Translations under genes and position numbers: made by a program
NCBI GenBank assembly: GCA_030607875.1
Contig: JAUWJD010000004.1
Coordinates: forward strand, 68,605-132,604
DNA: 64,000 bases
Source: Chloroflexota bacterium
Lineage (GTDB): Bacteria; Chloroflexota; Anaerolineae; UBA2200
Direction: 5' to 3'
Part shown: positions 47,943 through 58,188 of the stretch, in pieces
Layout: each line of letters opens with the position of its first letter
Position numbering within the stretch: the stretch's first letter is position 1
Notes under the pieces: generated by a model
What the model saw: the letters and a program-made list of their open reading frames with translations, nothing else
Told to the model about the DNA's origin: nothing
Database searches by the model: none

Positions 47943-48038
47943 CTATTGGGGAACGTATGCGTGGGTTACGCCTGCTCGCGTAACCCACTTTGTATACCCA
48001 GACAAAGCAGAAATCAACACACGAGGAGAAACAAGGAT

Positions 48039-48632
48039 ATGCGTGTCACACCGGATATGGTTAAGGAACTGCGCGGGATTACTGGTGCTGGTGTTCTCGA
48101 TTGTAAGGAGGCATTGGAATCTGCCAACTGCGATATGACCCGCGCGCAGCAGATTCTGCGTGAGAAAGGATGGGCCAAGGTCGCTCGGAGAGCAGAGCGT
48201 GAGGCCAGGGAAGGACTCGTTGAGGCCTACGTGCACATGGGCAAGGTGGGTGCCCTGGTTGAGCTGAACTGCGAGACGGATTTCGTTGCGCGCACTTCTG
48301 AGTTCAAAGAACTGGCACACAATCTGGCTATGCAGGTAGTAGCTGCCCGCCCGCAGTATGTCAAGCCCGAAGACATACCAGCGAAGGTCCTAGAGAAGGA
48401 AAAAGAGGAATACCAGGCACAGTTGGCCGATCAGAAGAAAGCCGAGCATATCATGGAAAAGATCATTGAGGGCAAGCTGAAGAAATTCCATGCCGAGGTC
48501 TGTATCCTGAATCAGCCCTTTATCAGAGACCAGGACAAGACCGTACAGGACGTGATCAACGAAGCCATTGCCACCCTCGGCGAGAACATAGTGTTGCGGA
48601 GATTCGTCCGCCTGGAACTGAGTGAAGCGTAG
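48039..48632 (+). CDS. tsf: Elongation factor Ts
   Basis: It has VKELRGITGAGVLDCKEAL. I chose the start at MRVTPD after GAGGAG. Confidence 0.95.
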   Translation: MRVTPDMVKELRGITGAGVLDCKEALESANCDMTRAQQILREKGWAKVARRAEREAREGLVEAYVHMGKVGALVELNCETDFVARTSEFKELAHNLAMQVVAARPQYVKPEDIPAKVLEKEKEEYQAQLADQKKAEHIMEKIIEGKLKKFHAEVCILNQPFIRDQDKTVQDVINEAIATLGENIVLRRFVRLELSEA

Positions 48633-48653
48633 AGGCCTCAGGATGGCTGGGTG

Positions 48654-49370
48654 ATGACTGAAGCGAAGTACGATCGGATTTTGCTCAAACTGAATGGCGA
48701 GGCCCTTGCTGGCCAGGCAGGCTGGGGTATTGATGTTGCCACGGTGGAGAGCATTGCAGTACAGATCCAGCGTGTGCACGGCATGGAGGTGCAGGTTGCC
48801 ATCGTCATCGGCGCTGGCAACATATGGCGGGGTGTCAATGGCCTGGAACGGGGCATGGAACGTGCCACGGCGGACTATATGGGCATGCTGGCCACAGTGA
48901 TGAATGCCCTGGCTTTGCAGGATGCCCTGGAACGAGGTGGTTTGGCTACTCGCACGCAAACCGCCATCGAGATGCGGGAGGTTGCTGAACCCTACATCAG
49001 ACGGCGTGCCATCCGGCACATGGAAAAGGGGCGTGTGGTCATTTGTGCCGCCGGCACGGGCAACCCCTACTTCACTACCGATACGGCTGCTGCCTTGCGC
49101 GCGATGGAAGTTGATGCCGACGTCTTGCTGAAGGCAACCAAGGTGGATGGGGTATATGACAAAGACCCGATGATCCATCCCGATGCGAAACGTTTTGAGC
49201 ATCTTACCTACATCGATGCACTCAACATGGGGGTCAAAGTCATGGACAGCGCGGCGCTGTCACTGTGTATGGACAATGATTTGCCCATTATCGTTTTCAA
49301 GTTGGCCGAGCGGAACAGCATCGAGCGGGTCGTCTGTGGGGAACCGATCGGGACGCTGATCACTCGTTGA
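48654..49370 (+). CDS. pyrH: UMP kinase
   Basis: It has [10 protein letters not shown] and GAGNIWRG motifs. Confidence 0.95.
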   Translation: MTEAKYDRILLKLNGEALAGQAGWGIDVATVESIAVQIQRVHGMEVQVAIVIGAGNIWRGVNGLERGMERATADYMGMLATVMNALALQDALERGGLATRTQTAIEMREVAEPYIRRRAIRHMEKGRVVICAAGTGNPYFTTDTAAALRAMEVDADVLLKATKVDGVYDKDPMIHPDAKRFEHLTYIDALNMGVKVMDSAALSLCMDNDLPIIVFKLAERNSIERVVCGEPIGTLITR

Positions 49371-49380
49371 GCAGGAGGGA

Positions 49381-49941
49381 ATGATGATTGCTGACGCGTT
49401 GAAAGAAGCAGGAACCAGGATGAACAAAGCGGTTGAGAAGCTCAGGGAAGACCTCATGACCATCAGGACTGGGCGTGCTTCTCCTGCTCTTGTGGAACGC
49501 CTGCGGGTGGACTATTACGGTGCTGCCACACCGCTCAACCAACTGGCAGCTATCTCTGTACCAGAGCCGAGGCTGCTGGTCATCCGCCCCTGGGATCCAA
49601 CGGCGGTCGGCGAAATCGAGAAAGCAATCCTCAAGTCAGAGCTGGGATTGACGCCTAGCAACGACGGGGGGATCATTCGTCTGCCCATTCCACGTCTCAC
49701 CGAGGAGCGGAGGCAAGAGTTGAGCAAGGTCGTTGGACGTCGTGTGGAAGAGGGGCACATTGCGGTGCGCAACATCAGGCGCGACATCCAGGATGATCTA
49801 CGTGCTTTCGAGAAGGAGAAGCTGATCACCGAGGATGAGCTTCACGACGGCCGGAAGAAGCTGCAGGAACTGCATGACAAGTACATCGCTCAGATGGATG
49901 AAATCGGCAAGGCGAAGCAGCAGGAGATTCTGGAGGTATAG
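49381..49941 (+). CDS. frr: Ribosome recycling factor
   Basis: The 186-aa ORF has the [10 protein letters not shown] motif. Confidence 0.95.
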   Translation: MMIADALKEAGTRMNKAVEKLREDLMTIRTGRASPALVERLRVDYYGAATPLNQLAAISVPEPRLLVIRPWDPTAVGEIEKAILKSELGLTPSNDGGIIRLPIPRLTEERRQELSKVVGRRVEEGHIAVRNIRRDIQDDLRAFEKEKLITEDELHDGRKKLQELHDKYIAQMDEIGKAKQQEILEV

Positions 49942-49949
49942 ACATCCCA

Positions 49950-50693
49950 ATGGTCAGCGCGGAGGGAGGATCTGCTCCAACAAACGAGCTGGACACCGTC
50001 CCACAACACGTGGCGATCATCATGGATGGCAACGGCCGCTGGGCTCGGCAGCGCGGGCTGCCACGCCTGGCCGGGCACCGGGCAGGGACGGAGAACCTGC
50101 GGCGAATCATTCAGGCCTGCGTTGACTTCGGCGTAAAGATCCTGACCATTTATGCTTTCTCCACCGAGAACTGGACCAGGCCGCAAGAGGAAGTAGGCGG
50201 GTTGCTGGCCTTGATGTCTCGGGTGATCGATCGGGAGCTTGACAATCTGCGCAAGAACGGTGTGCAGATACGGCATCTTGGTTCGCTGGACGAGTTGCCG
50301 CCCGACTTGCAGAGCAAGATTCGTCATGCTGTACAGGTGACCGCCGCCAACGACCGGTTGGTCCTCAATGTTGCCTTGAACTATGGCGGACGCAGGGAGA
50401 TTGTAGGGGCTGCGCAGCGGATGATGCGAGAGGGCCTGGCACCCGAACAGGTAACAGAGCAGACCTTCAGCCGCTATCTCTACACTGGTGGTCTCCCAGA
50501 CCCTGACCTGATCATTCGCACTGCTGGTGAAATGCGCCTCAGCAACTTTCTCGTCTGGCAGGCGGCCTATGCCGAGTTCTACGCTACACCTACCTACTGG
50601 CCCGATTTTGACCCCAAGGAGTTCCGCAAGGCACTGGTAGCCTACGGTCAACGGACTAGAAAATTCGGGGGGCTGCCCGACGCAGACCGATAG
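49950..50693 (+). CDS. uppS: Undecaprenyl-diphosphate synthase (isoprenyl transferase)
   Basis: It has [13 protein letters not shown] and FSTENW motifs. Confidence 0.9.
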   Translation: MVSAEGGSAPTNELDTVPQHVAIIMDGNGRWARQRGLPRLAGHRAGTENLRRIIQACVDFGVKILTIYAFSTENWTRPQEEVGGLLALMSRVIDRELDNLRKNGVQIRHLGSLDELPPDLQSKIRHAVQVTAANDRLVLNVALNYGGRREIVGAAQRMMREGLAPEQVTEQTFSRYLYTGGLPDPDLIIRTAGEMRLSNFLVWQAAYAEFYATPTYWPDFDPKEFRKALVAYGQRTRKFGGLPDADR

Positions 50694-50745
50694 GGATGCG
50701 ATTCCTTCGTGCCTCTACCAGAGTCCCTTCAGGAGAATTGGCATC

Positions 50746-51534
50746 GTGCTCACTCAACGCGTTCTGAGTGCCGTCGTCTTGATCCCGGTAGTTCTGGGGG
50801 CCGCTTACCTCGGAGGGCCTTGGTTCGCGGCTCTTGTAGCTGTGGCAGCTCTTTTGGCGGGCTACGAGTTCTACCGTATCATGCGCAGCGGGGGCTACCA
50901 GCCTTCATACGCTGTCGGCCTGGCGCTAATCGCTCTTCTCCTGCTTGATGCTTACTATCCCAACCATGGGATATGGCGTTGGGCTGTGGTGGCTGCAGTT
51001 GTCTTGCCAATGGCGTGGCAGATTCTGCAGGCGGACCCCCAGGGTTTCCTGGCCAATTGGGCGCTCACGCTAGCCGGGGCGCTGTACATCGGTGGATTAT
51101 TCGGACACATGCTTTCCCTACGTGGCTTGCCTCGGGGGCTGGGTTGGCTCCTGCTGACCTTTGTGGCTACTTGGAGTTGTGATACGATGGCCTATTTTGC
51201 TGGTACTTGGTGGGGCAAACGTCCTTTTTTTGCTCACATCAGCCCTCACAAGACCTGGGAGGGTGCCATCGGTGGTTATCTGGCCGGCATACTGGCCACA
51301 GTGATTGCTGGTCATTGGATGGGCCTCTTGCTTTGGCAGAGCCTTGCCTTGGGCATCCTGTTGGTGTTGGGTGCTACCTTAGGCGATTTGGCAGAGTCTT
51401 TGCTCAAGCGCCAAGTAGGGGTCAAGGATTCGAGCGCGCTCATTCCTGGTCATGGCGGTATGCTCGATCGCGTTGACAGCCTGTTATTTGCTTCTGTGAT
51501 CACGTACTATTTCGTGGTGTGGGTGGTTCGGTAG
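50746..51534 (+). CDS. cdsA: Phosphatidate cytidylyltransferase
   Basis: This multi-pass membrane protein has the C-terminal signature SLLKRQVGVKDSSALIPGHGGMLDRVDS. It uses a GTG start. Confidence 0.85.
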   Translation: MLTQRVLSAVVLIPVVLGAAYLGGPWFAALVAVAALLAGYEFYRIMRSGGYQPSYAVGLALIALLLLDAYYPNHGIWRWAVVAAVVLPMAWQILQADPQGFLANWALTLAGALYIGGLFGHMLSLRGLPRGLGWLLLTFVATWSCDTMAYFAGTWWGKRPFFAHISPHKTWEGAIGGYLAGILATVIAGHWMGLLLWQSLALGILLVLGATLGDLAESLLKRQVGVKDSSALIPGHGGMLDRVDSLLFASVITYYFVVWVVR

Positions 51535-51588
51535 GCTAGGGCATTCGACGCTTGCGGCGGATGCTGTGCATCTCTTGGAGTTTGTGAT

Positions 51589-53565
51589 ATGCTGGAAAGT
51601 TGGCTGACATCCATACTGTCGCTAGCCAATTTGATCCTCGCTTCGGCCAACGTGATTATCGGCTTTTCGTTGTTGGCCTATATCTTGACCAACAACTTCC
51701 GCAGCTCGGTCGCCCGGGCCTTTTCCGCTATGCTTGCTTTCATCACCATTGTCTATGTGGGCGACATTCTGGTTGCCAACGTTGTCTCCCCTCCTGCAAC
51801 TCTGCTTTGGCTGCGTTTTCAGTGGTTGGGTATTGCCTTTGTACCGGCTGCCTGTCTCCATTTCTCTGACGCCTTGTTGCGGACGACCAACGCGGTGTCC
51901 GCGAAACGTAGATTGGCTGTCAGCGCAAGCTATGCATTGGGGCTGGTGTTCTTTGTCTTGGCAGCGGCCACCGACCTGGTGGTGCAGGACGGAGTGAGCC
52001 TGCAGTGGATTTCGCACCTGGCGCCAGGCCCGTATTTTGGCGTGTTCACGACCTTTTTCTTTGTCACGGTTCTGACTGCTGTGGTCAACGTGTTTCTGGC
52101 ACGTCAGCGCTGTTTAACCTCTACCTCACGGCGACGCATGACCTACTTGACGGTGGCCATCATCGCGCCCGGCTTTGGCGTCTTCCCGTTTCTGCTCGTG
52201 GCGACCATGCCGAGTTTCCTGTCGCCCAATGCCATCTTCGGCCTTTCCCTGGTCGGGAACCTTGCCATTGGCCTCATGACTGTGCTCAGTGCCTACACGG
52301 TTGCCTATCAAGGTGTATTTGCGCCAGACCGGGTGGTCAAGCACAAGCTGATCCACTATCTACTGCGCGGGCCGCTGGTTGGTTCAGTGGTGATTTTCCT
52401 GATGCTGGTCATACCCAGAGTAGAGGCCATCCTGGGGCTGCCTCGCGACACAGTGCTCATCTTTGCCGTGATTGCTGCCATTGTGCTCTTGCAGGTATTG
52501 GTCAACCTGGCCAAGCCGTACATTGATCGCCTCATCTACCGCCAGGACCGGGAGCAGGTCGCGTGGATAGAACAACTGGACAGCCGCCTCTTAACCAGCA
52601 CTGACCTCGCACAGTTGTTGGAGAACGTGCTCATCGCTTTGTGCGACCAGCTCAGGGTGAGGAGCGGATTCGTGGTGGCTATGCAGCAGGGGGCGCTCAA
52701 GATTCAAGTGTTGTGTGGCCCGAAGGAGGCTGCGAGGCGCTTCCTTCAAGAATGCGACTGGCAGGACTTGATGTCTTCGTTTGGGCCGACCTCTGGGCAG
52801 CGTAGTCAAGCCTCGACGCCTGTCAGGCAAGGGCACGTGCCACCATCTGTACGGCGCGGCGAACTACGCAATGAAGATTTTGTCTTGCGGAACAGCTATT
52901 GGCTCCTGCCGTTACGCCAGAAGGATGGGACATCCACACTCGGCATTCTCGGCCTCGAGTCGCACAATGGGCCGCCCGCCTTGACCCTGGAGGAGTTGGC
53001 CACCGTGGCCCAACTTATCGGGCAGGCAGAGCTGGCGCTCGAGGACATGCATTTGCAGCAGGATGTGTTCGAGGCGCTGCGGCAGATTGTGCCGGAGATT
53101 GAAGAGATTCAGCGTTGGCGCAGCGCACCGCTTTACCCTGCTCCGGCCCGCCTTGAACGCCTGGAAAGCAATCCGGTCTATGCACCTGATTTCCCACAAA
53201 TCGTCAGGGATGCGCTGCGTGACTACTGGGGTGGGCCACGGCTTGTGGACAGTCCACTGATGCGCACACGGCTCGTTCGCCAAGCCATGCAAGAGAATGA
53301 TGGCGTCCCAGCTCGAGCCTTGCGCGCAGTGTTGTCAACAGCGATCGAACGCTTGCGGCCGGAAGGGGGGCGCAGTATGACCGCCAGCGAGTGGGTCGTC
53401 TACAATATTCTAGAGGCCAAATTCATTCAGGGGCGGCCTATCCGGGAGATAGTCGACCGCATGGCGATGAGCGAATCCGACTTCTATCGTAAGCAGCGTG
53501 CCGCGATTGGGCAACTGGCCAAGATGCTGATCACGATGGAGTTGGAAGAGAACGAATTGGCGTGA
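51589..53565 (+). CDS. Multi-pass membrane protein with a cytoplasmic C-terminal sigma-70 region-4-like HTH
   Basis: There are about 8-9 hydrophobic segments in the first ~300 aa. The C-terminus ...WVVYNILEAKFIQGRPIREIVDRMAMSESDFYRKQRAAIGQLA is HTH-like. Confidence 0.55.
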   Translation: MLESWLTSILSLANLILASANVIIGFSLLAYILTNNFRSSVARAFSAMLAFITIVYVGDILVANVVSPPATLLWLRFQWLGIAFVPAACLHFSDALLRTTNAVSAKRRLAVSASYALGLVFFVLAAATDLVVQDGVSLQWISHLAPGPYFGVFTTFFFVTVLTAVVNVFLARQRCLTSTSRRRMTYLTVAIIAPGFGVFPFLLVATMPSFLSPNAIFGLSLVGNLAIGLMTVLSAYTVAYQGVFAPDRVVKHKLIHYLLRGPLVGSVVIFLMLVIPRVEAILGLPRDTVLIFAVIAAIVLLQVLVNLAKPYIDRLIYRQDREQVAWIEQLDSRLLTSTDLAQLLENVLIALCDQLRVRSGFVVAMQQGALKIQVLCGPKEAARRFLQECDWQDLMSSFGPTSGQRSQASTPVRQGHVPPSVRRGELRNEDFVLRNSYWLLPLRQKDGTSTLGILGLESHNGPPALTLEELATVAQLIGQAELALEDMHLQQDVFEALRQIVPEIEEIQRWRSAPLYPAPARLERLESNPVYAPDFPQIVRDALRDYWGGPRLVDSPLMRTRLVRQAMQENDGVPARALRAVLSTAIERLRPEGGRSMTASEWVVYNILEAKFIQGRPIREIVDRMAMSESDFYRKQRAAIGQLAKMLITMELEENELA

Positions 53566-53575
53566 TAAGTGAGAC

Positions 53576-54250
53576 GTGAAACATGAAAGGCAATGTACAG
53601 AGGAGAACACCTTGCCCATCTACGATCTGAGTTTGCCGATTTCCCCGTCGATGGTGACCTGGCCAGGCGATCCGCCTGTTCGCGTCGAACCACGCTTGCG
53701 TATCGCTCGTGGGCAGCCAGCCAACGTCTCCGAGTTGTGCTTCGGCTCACACACTGGTACGCATGTGGATCCACCTTACCACTTTGATGACCAGGGGATG
53801 AAGGTGGATGCAATCCCTTTGGAGCTGTTGATGGGCCCGGCTTGGGTGTGTGACGTGGAGTCCAAACGCGATATCGAGTTGTCCGCCCTGCAGGACAGGG
53901 TTCCACAGGGCACGGTTCGCCTCCTGCTCAAGACGGCCAACTCTGCCCTCTGGCGCCGCCAGGTGCAGGAATTCACCCCGGACTTTTGCGCGCTCACGGT
54001 CGATGCAGCCCATTGGATTGTGGAGCAGGGCATTCGCCTGTTGGGCGTGGACTATTTGTCGCTCGAGCGCCCAGGTTCGGAAGGCCATCCGCTGCACCAC
54101 ACCTTGCTGGGAGCAGGCGTACTTGTTGTAGAAGGGCTCGATTTGTCATCTTTGCGGACCGGGTGGTATAATTTCTACTGCTTGCCTCTGAAAGTGGCCA
54201 ACGGTGACGGCGCACCCGCTCGTGCGGTTGCTGTCGGGCCTCTGCAGTGA
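53576..54250 (+). CDS. Cyclase-family protein / kynurenine formamidase-like
   Basis: It has the GSHTGTHVDPPYHF motif. The start is uncertain. Confidence 0.8.
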   Translation: MKHERQCTEENTLPIYDLSLPISPSMVTWPGDPPVRVEPRLRIARGQPANVSELCFGSHTGTHVDPPYHFDDQGMKVDAIPLELLMGPAWVCDVESKRDIELSALQDRVPQGTVRLLLKTANSALWRRQVQEFTPDFCALTVDAAHWIVEQGIRLLGVDYLSLERPGSEGHPLHHTLLGAGVLVVEGLDLSSLRTGWYNFYCLPLKVANGDGAPARAVAVGPLQ

Positions 54251-54288
54251 CAGCGAAACATTCATTACACATCTAAGGAGGAAGAGGA

Positions 54289-54549
54289 ATGGCTTTCAAG
54301 ATTACGGAGGACTGCATTGCTTGTGCTGCCTGTGAGACAGAGTGCCCGAACGATGCGATCACCGAGGGGGAAGAGATCTTTATCATCGACCCCGACAAGT
54401 GCACCGAGTGCGTGGGCTTTTACGACACGAAGCAGTGTGCTGATGTCTGTCCGGTAGATTGTTGTGTGTCGGATCCGGACCACAAAGAGAGCCACGACGA
54501 GCTGCTGGCCAAGTTCAAGAAGTTGCATCCTGACAAGGAACCCAAGTAG
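54289..54549 (+). CDS. 2x[4Fe-4S] ferredoxin (YfhL-like)
   Basis: It has the Cys clusters CIACAACETECP and CTEC...CADVCP. Confidence 0.85.
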   Translation: MAFKITEDCIACAACETECPNDAITEGEEIFIIDPDKCTECVGFYDTKQCADVCPVDCCVSDPDHKESHDELLAKFKKLHPDKEPK

Positions 54550-54622
54550 CTGGCCATCGGTCTGGGGCCGCTCTCCCTGCTGGAGTTCGCGGCTGTCAGT
54601 GCGGTGAAGCGATGCTGTTGCT

Positions 54623-55489
54623 GTGAAAGCCGCGTCGGTCATGGAGTGCTTCCAGACCGTAGCCATTCCTGGATGCGTCCTGACGGAGGGCGTTCGTTAC
54701 ATTCGGTTCCGCTCATGGGGCTCGATCATGCGAGAGGCTGTTCACCACTTGCGTAGTCGGGCCCCATGTTTTCATCCATGGGGCAGCACTATGGGTCGTG
54801 GGGATGTTGGGGAGCCTCGGGGCATATCCGAGCTCATCCCTGAGGATGTATTCGTAGGCACCAGCCTGATCCTGCGCCAGCCCCCGGTCCCGCCCCGCGG
54901 GGGTGGCCGGTTCCTGTATGGCGCCCGGCCGCCACGTGCAGAGGGCACACGGCAGGTAATCGAGCTGACGGGCATCGGCGGTGGCCTGGAAAAAGATGAC
55001 CCTTCGCTGACGGCCGGCGTGCTGCGTGAAGCTCAGGAGGAGATTGGCTGCACTGTGCGGCTGCTGCCCTGCCGCGAGACCATCGTCGTGCGTGGGCCTG
55101 ACTGGATTGAGCGGGTGGTGCTGCGAGGGGAGGAGCGGCCGGCAGCCGTGGTTTTCCGCCGCTACCGCACGCCACCGCACCAGCCCTGGCACGAGGACAA
55201 TCAGGGTGAAGCTTGCCTGGTGATCTTTCTGGCTGAGTTGGTTGGACAGCCCCGGCCAGTGATGGAGTTACCGGCGCTCCTCTGGCTCAAACCACTTCAA
55301 GTTGTCGAGACAGCCCGCCAGGATGTTCCCTTGAACACGTTGCTGCACTGGGGCGCGGAACCCGTCGAGAGCGAGAAGGGTTGCTTGCCCAGGACTGCCT
55401 GGGCCCGCCTGACCGATTCGCAGGAAGCCCTCGTCCTGGCGTTGGGGGATGACGCGCTGTCGTTCTATGAGGCAGTGTCAGGACAGTAG
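54623..55489 (+). CDS. NUDIX hydrolase-family protein
   Basis: It has the Nudix box GGGLEKDDPSLTAGVLREAQEEIGC. The start is uncertain; internal candidates include MREAVHH at 54728. Confidence 0.65.
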   Translation: MKAASVMECFQTVAIPGCVLTEGVRYIRFRSWGSIMREAVHHLRSRAPCFHPWGSTMGRGDVGEPRGISELIPEDVFVGTSLILRQPPVPPRGGGRFLYGARPPRAEGTRQVIELTGIGGGLEKDDPSLTAGVLREAQEEIGCTVRLLPCRETIVVRGPDWIERVVLRGEERPAAVVFRRYRTPPHQPWHEDNQGEACLVIFLAELVGQPRPVMELPALLWLKPLQVVETARQDVPLNTLLHWGAEPVESEKGCLPRTAWARLTDSQEALVLALGDDALSFYEAVSGQ

Positions 55490-55562
55490 GTCACACGCTA
55501 CTTGGCATGCAATTGGCCTTTGCAGTTCAATCAGTGATGTTCTCAGCAGTGGAGAGAGTCGC

Positions 55563-55793
55563 ATGCAGCAAACGGGTCCAGAGATCAGAGGTCTCGCTGT
55601 CTTGTTCCCAGAAGAGATCAGTGTGGAGATCAACAAGTGGCGTCGCGTGTACGCTCCCCGCTATCAGATGGTTCCGCCTCACATCACTGTGGCCTACCCT
55701 CCCTTCGTACCCGAGAAGGAATGGCCATTGGTGCGGCCTGCTCATGCCTCGCCGTCTCCTCCCGATCATCCCACGTCCCTTGGGTCAGCTTGA
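55563..55793 (+). pseudogene. Truncated 2H phosphoesterase (LigT / 2'-5' RNA ligase-like); only the first HxT motif is retained
   Basis: It starts MQQTGPEIRGLAVLF and contains PPHITVAYPP. The ORF ends after 76 aa, whereas the family is usually about 180 aa with two HxT/S motifs. A possible continuation lies in another frame up to 55821. Confidence 0.45.
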
Positions 55794-56023
55794 CGCCCCG
55801 ATGCACGTGTCCCCTCTTTGAAACGACCACCCAGGTTCCGATACCAAGTACAGCTGGAGTGACGGGATTGAGGTCGCTTCTCGTGGCCCCCAGTCTTTCA
55901 GAGCCTCGTTCGTCCATTGATGCGCTGCTGTTGGCCTGCTGTTGTTGCGTGTTTAGGCATAGGGGCCCCACCTGCGTCCTGGGTGACTGGCGGCTGGATA
56001 TGCAATCATCACGTAACCCAAAT

Positions 56024-56051
56024 TTGACTTCTTTGTAACGTTTGGTATAAT
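56024..56051 (+). promoter_or_regulatory. Orphan near-consensus sigma-70-type promoter
   Basis: TTGACT, a 16-nt spacer, then TGgTATAAT. The next convincing start codon is about 400 nt downstream. Confidence 0.5.
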
Positions 56052-56448
56052 AGAGATGTGCTGACGAGTCGAGCTGAGAAGCATCTCAGCGACTTGAGAA
56101 ACCCTCGCTGTTTACAACGATTTGATCCGGGCGGGATACAGGGGGCACTCGTTGTCGTCTCGCCGTATGCCCCCAACAGCAAAAAGTCCATACGTCGAGC
56201 CCTGCATGCGACGACACATCAAGCCTCTACGCTCAACTCACCACATCTGTGCCCGTCGAAGGGAAGCGAGCACGCGTAGCGAAACGGCCGTCCACCCGCA
56301 GCCGCACTCTCGGGAGGATAGTACAGCTGGGAAGCAAAACCAAGGCTTCGAGTTCATCTTTTTGACTGAATTGGGGTGTGGACAAAGTGCTTCACCGATC
56401 TGCTAGTTAGCCGACATTTGTCTCAGGAAGCACCAAGGGGGAAAGACC

Positions 56449-56796
56449 ATGTCATGGCTGGCCACAGTCCTGGGGAAGAGTAGAGAATCTTACAAGACGT
56501 GCGCAATCTGCGGTGTGACTGTCGTGGAGGGTCTCCTGGAGCAGGTGTACAATTGGGTGATCGATGCCAGGGATGATCAGGGAAGGTCGTACGGAGGCTT
56601 CTGCCGCAAATGCGGCAGGTACTATTGCTGGCGCTGCGCGCACAGACGAGGCGAGCATCTATTGGGAACAGTGAGCCGTCCCGTCTTAGCTTCTCGTGGC
56701 ACGTTCGGTTCGGCAACCATCCTTGACTACCATGGTATGATGTACTGTCCAAGGTGCGGAGACCTTCGGACGTCCAGGACACTACAAGCAACGTGA
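56449..56796 (+). CDS. Hypothetical Cys-rich (zinc-ribbon-like) protein
   Basis: The 115-aa ORF has the CxxC pairs CAIC, CRKC, CWRC and CPRC and an AAGGGGGAAAG RBS. Confidence 0.4.
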   Translation: MSWLATVLGKSRESYKTCAICGVTVVEGLLEQVYNWVIDARDDQGRSYGGFCRKCGRYYCWRCAHRRGEHLLGTVSRPVLASRGTFGSATILDYHGMMYCPRCGDLRTSRTLQAT

Positions 56797-57040
56797 AGAA
56801 GCGCTCCCTGCGTTTCTCTCTACCCCGTGTCGACCACAAGCGTCAGGCAACGGTCTGCCTCAGCGGAATGTGCGCAGTTCTCACCGTTGAGGCGAGACGG
56901 TTGCCAACACATGGCCGACGCGTATATGCTCTGCATGGACTCAAAAACGGTCGGCTATCCAGCCGTCTGTGGGTGTCCTGAGCCGTAACGCTGCTGGCGC
57001 CAAAATGTGAAGCAGCAGCTCAGTAGTCTGGACCCGACAC

Positions 57041-57117
57041 CTACTGCTTCGTGCATCAGTTGCTAAACCCGTTTGGCTCGATTATCACACAAAGACGACT
57101 GCCTGAGTTTCGCAATT
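57041..57117. repeat. Dispersed element copy B (left arm of an inverted pair)
   Basis: The sequence is ctactgcttcgtgcatcagttgctaaacccgtttggctcgattatcacacaaagacgactgcctgagtttcgcaatt. By eye it is about 85% identical to the reverse complement of 58189-58263. Confidence 0.65.
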
Positions 57118-57427
57118 GACGCAGCCCCCTGTAGTCTACTCGTTGATCGGCATCCTTCTCCTAGCTGCCAGCCTCATCCTCCGAGGCAGGATCCACTTGG
57201 AAGGTCCTCCAGATCATGCTCCTATCCCTCGGTGCACACTCACGCCTCCTGGCATGGTGCTCCTGGTTGAACCTCAAATGCAGGGGTCGCCACAAAGCAA
57301 GGCTGGATCTAGCGGACCGAGTTTTGCTTCCGCTTGAAGCTGCAATATACTCAGATTGCTCGAGAGCATTCAACCACTCTGAAGGCACGACAGTCCTGAG
57401 AGAGAAGCAGGGGGTGCAGAAGCATCC

Positions 57428-58162
57428 ATGAACGCACGAAAAGCCCGAGAACTGGGGGCACGCGTCGCAAGCCTCGTTCAAGCTGGGCAGATGAAGCAAG
57501 CTTATACCTTGTTGGCACCAGTCCTCGCTGAGCGTACACCGTTTCCTGTCCTGGGGCGCATTGGTAAGTTGGTTGGCGCTGGTTCGCTGCCGGAAGTGAA
57601 CGCTTTCCTGAAGTACGTTGCCTCGCAGAGAACCATGGGCGGCTGGGTGGTGATCGGCGGTGCCCTGGGTGCACAGTTGGGACGCGACCTGGCCGGCGCA
57701 TTTGCCCGCTGCCACGACTGGATCGTGATGGCCGATGTGTGGTATGCGACGGACATTCTGGGTGAGCGCGTGCCCGGCCCCGCTTTGCTGGCCAGTTTCC
57801 AGCCGGCGCTGACACTGCTCGAACCCTGGCGCGCGGATGCCAACCGCTGGGTGCGCCGCACCGTTGGCGTCGCCATTCACTTCTGGGCCAAACGTTCACG
57901 CGGCGCACCGGAGCACGCCCCACAAGCGGGAGCACTGCTGGCCTTCCTGGAGCCTATGTTCTCCGAGTGGGACTTGGATGCGGTCAAGGGCGTCGGCTGG
58001 GGGCTGAAGACGCTGGGCAAGCACTATCCCGATCTTGTTGCTGGGTGGCTGGCACAACAGGTCGTTCATCGCCAGCGCCGTCACCGGGCGTTGATGCTGC
58101 GCAAAGCTCTTACCTACCTCTCGGACGGGCAGCGTGCTCGTGCCACGGGGGAGGCGCCTTGA
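57428..58162 (+). CDS. DNA alkylation repair enzyme-like HEAT-repeat protein (AlkC/AlkD-like family)
   Basis: The 244-aa ORF has NRWVRRTVGVA and AVKGVGWGLKTLGKHYPDLV patterns typical of the DNA_alkylation family. Confidence 0.7.
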   Translation: MNARKARELGARVASLVQAGQMKQAYTLLAPVLAERTPFPVLGRIGKLVGAGSLPEVNAFLKYVASQRTMGGWVVIGGALGAQLGRDLAGAFARCHDWIVMADVWYATDILGERVPGPALLASFQPALTLLEPWRADANRWVRRTVGVAIHFWAKRSRGAPEHAPQAGALLAFLEPMFSEWDLDAVKGVGWGLKTLGKHYPDLVAGWLAQQVVHRQRRHRALMLRKALTYLSDGQRARATGEAP

Positions 58163-58188
58163 TGGAGCTACAGAGTACTGCGCCGAAG

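Noticed and set aside
48390-50651. Long minus-strand ORFs (270 aa at 48390-49202; 253 aa at 49890-50651) across pyrH, frr and uppS
   Set aside because: They are antisense to unmistakable housekeeping genes, and no family features or RBS are present. They are typical high-GC shadow frames.
56061-56100. A hammerhead-ribozyme-like CUGACGA box followed by a 7-bp hairpin
   Set aside because: CUGANGA is expected by chance many times in 128 kb of two-strand sequence. The GAAA core does not directly follow the putative stem II, and I could not build a stem I or III with a cleavage triplet.
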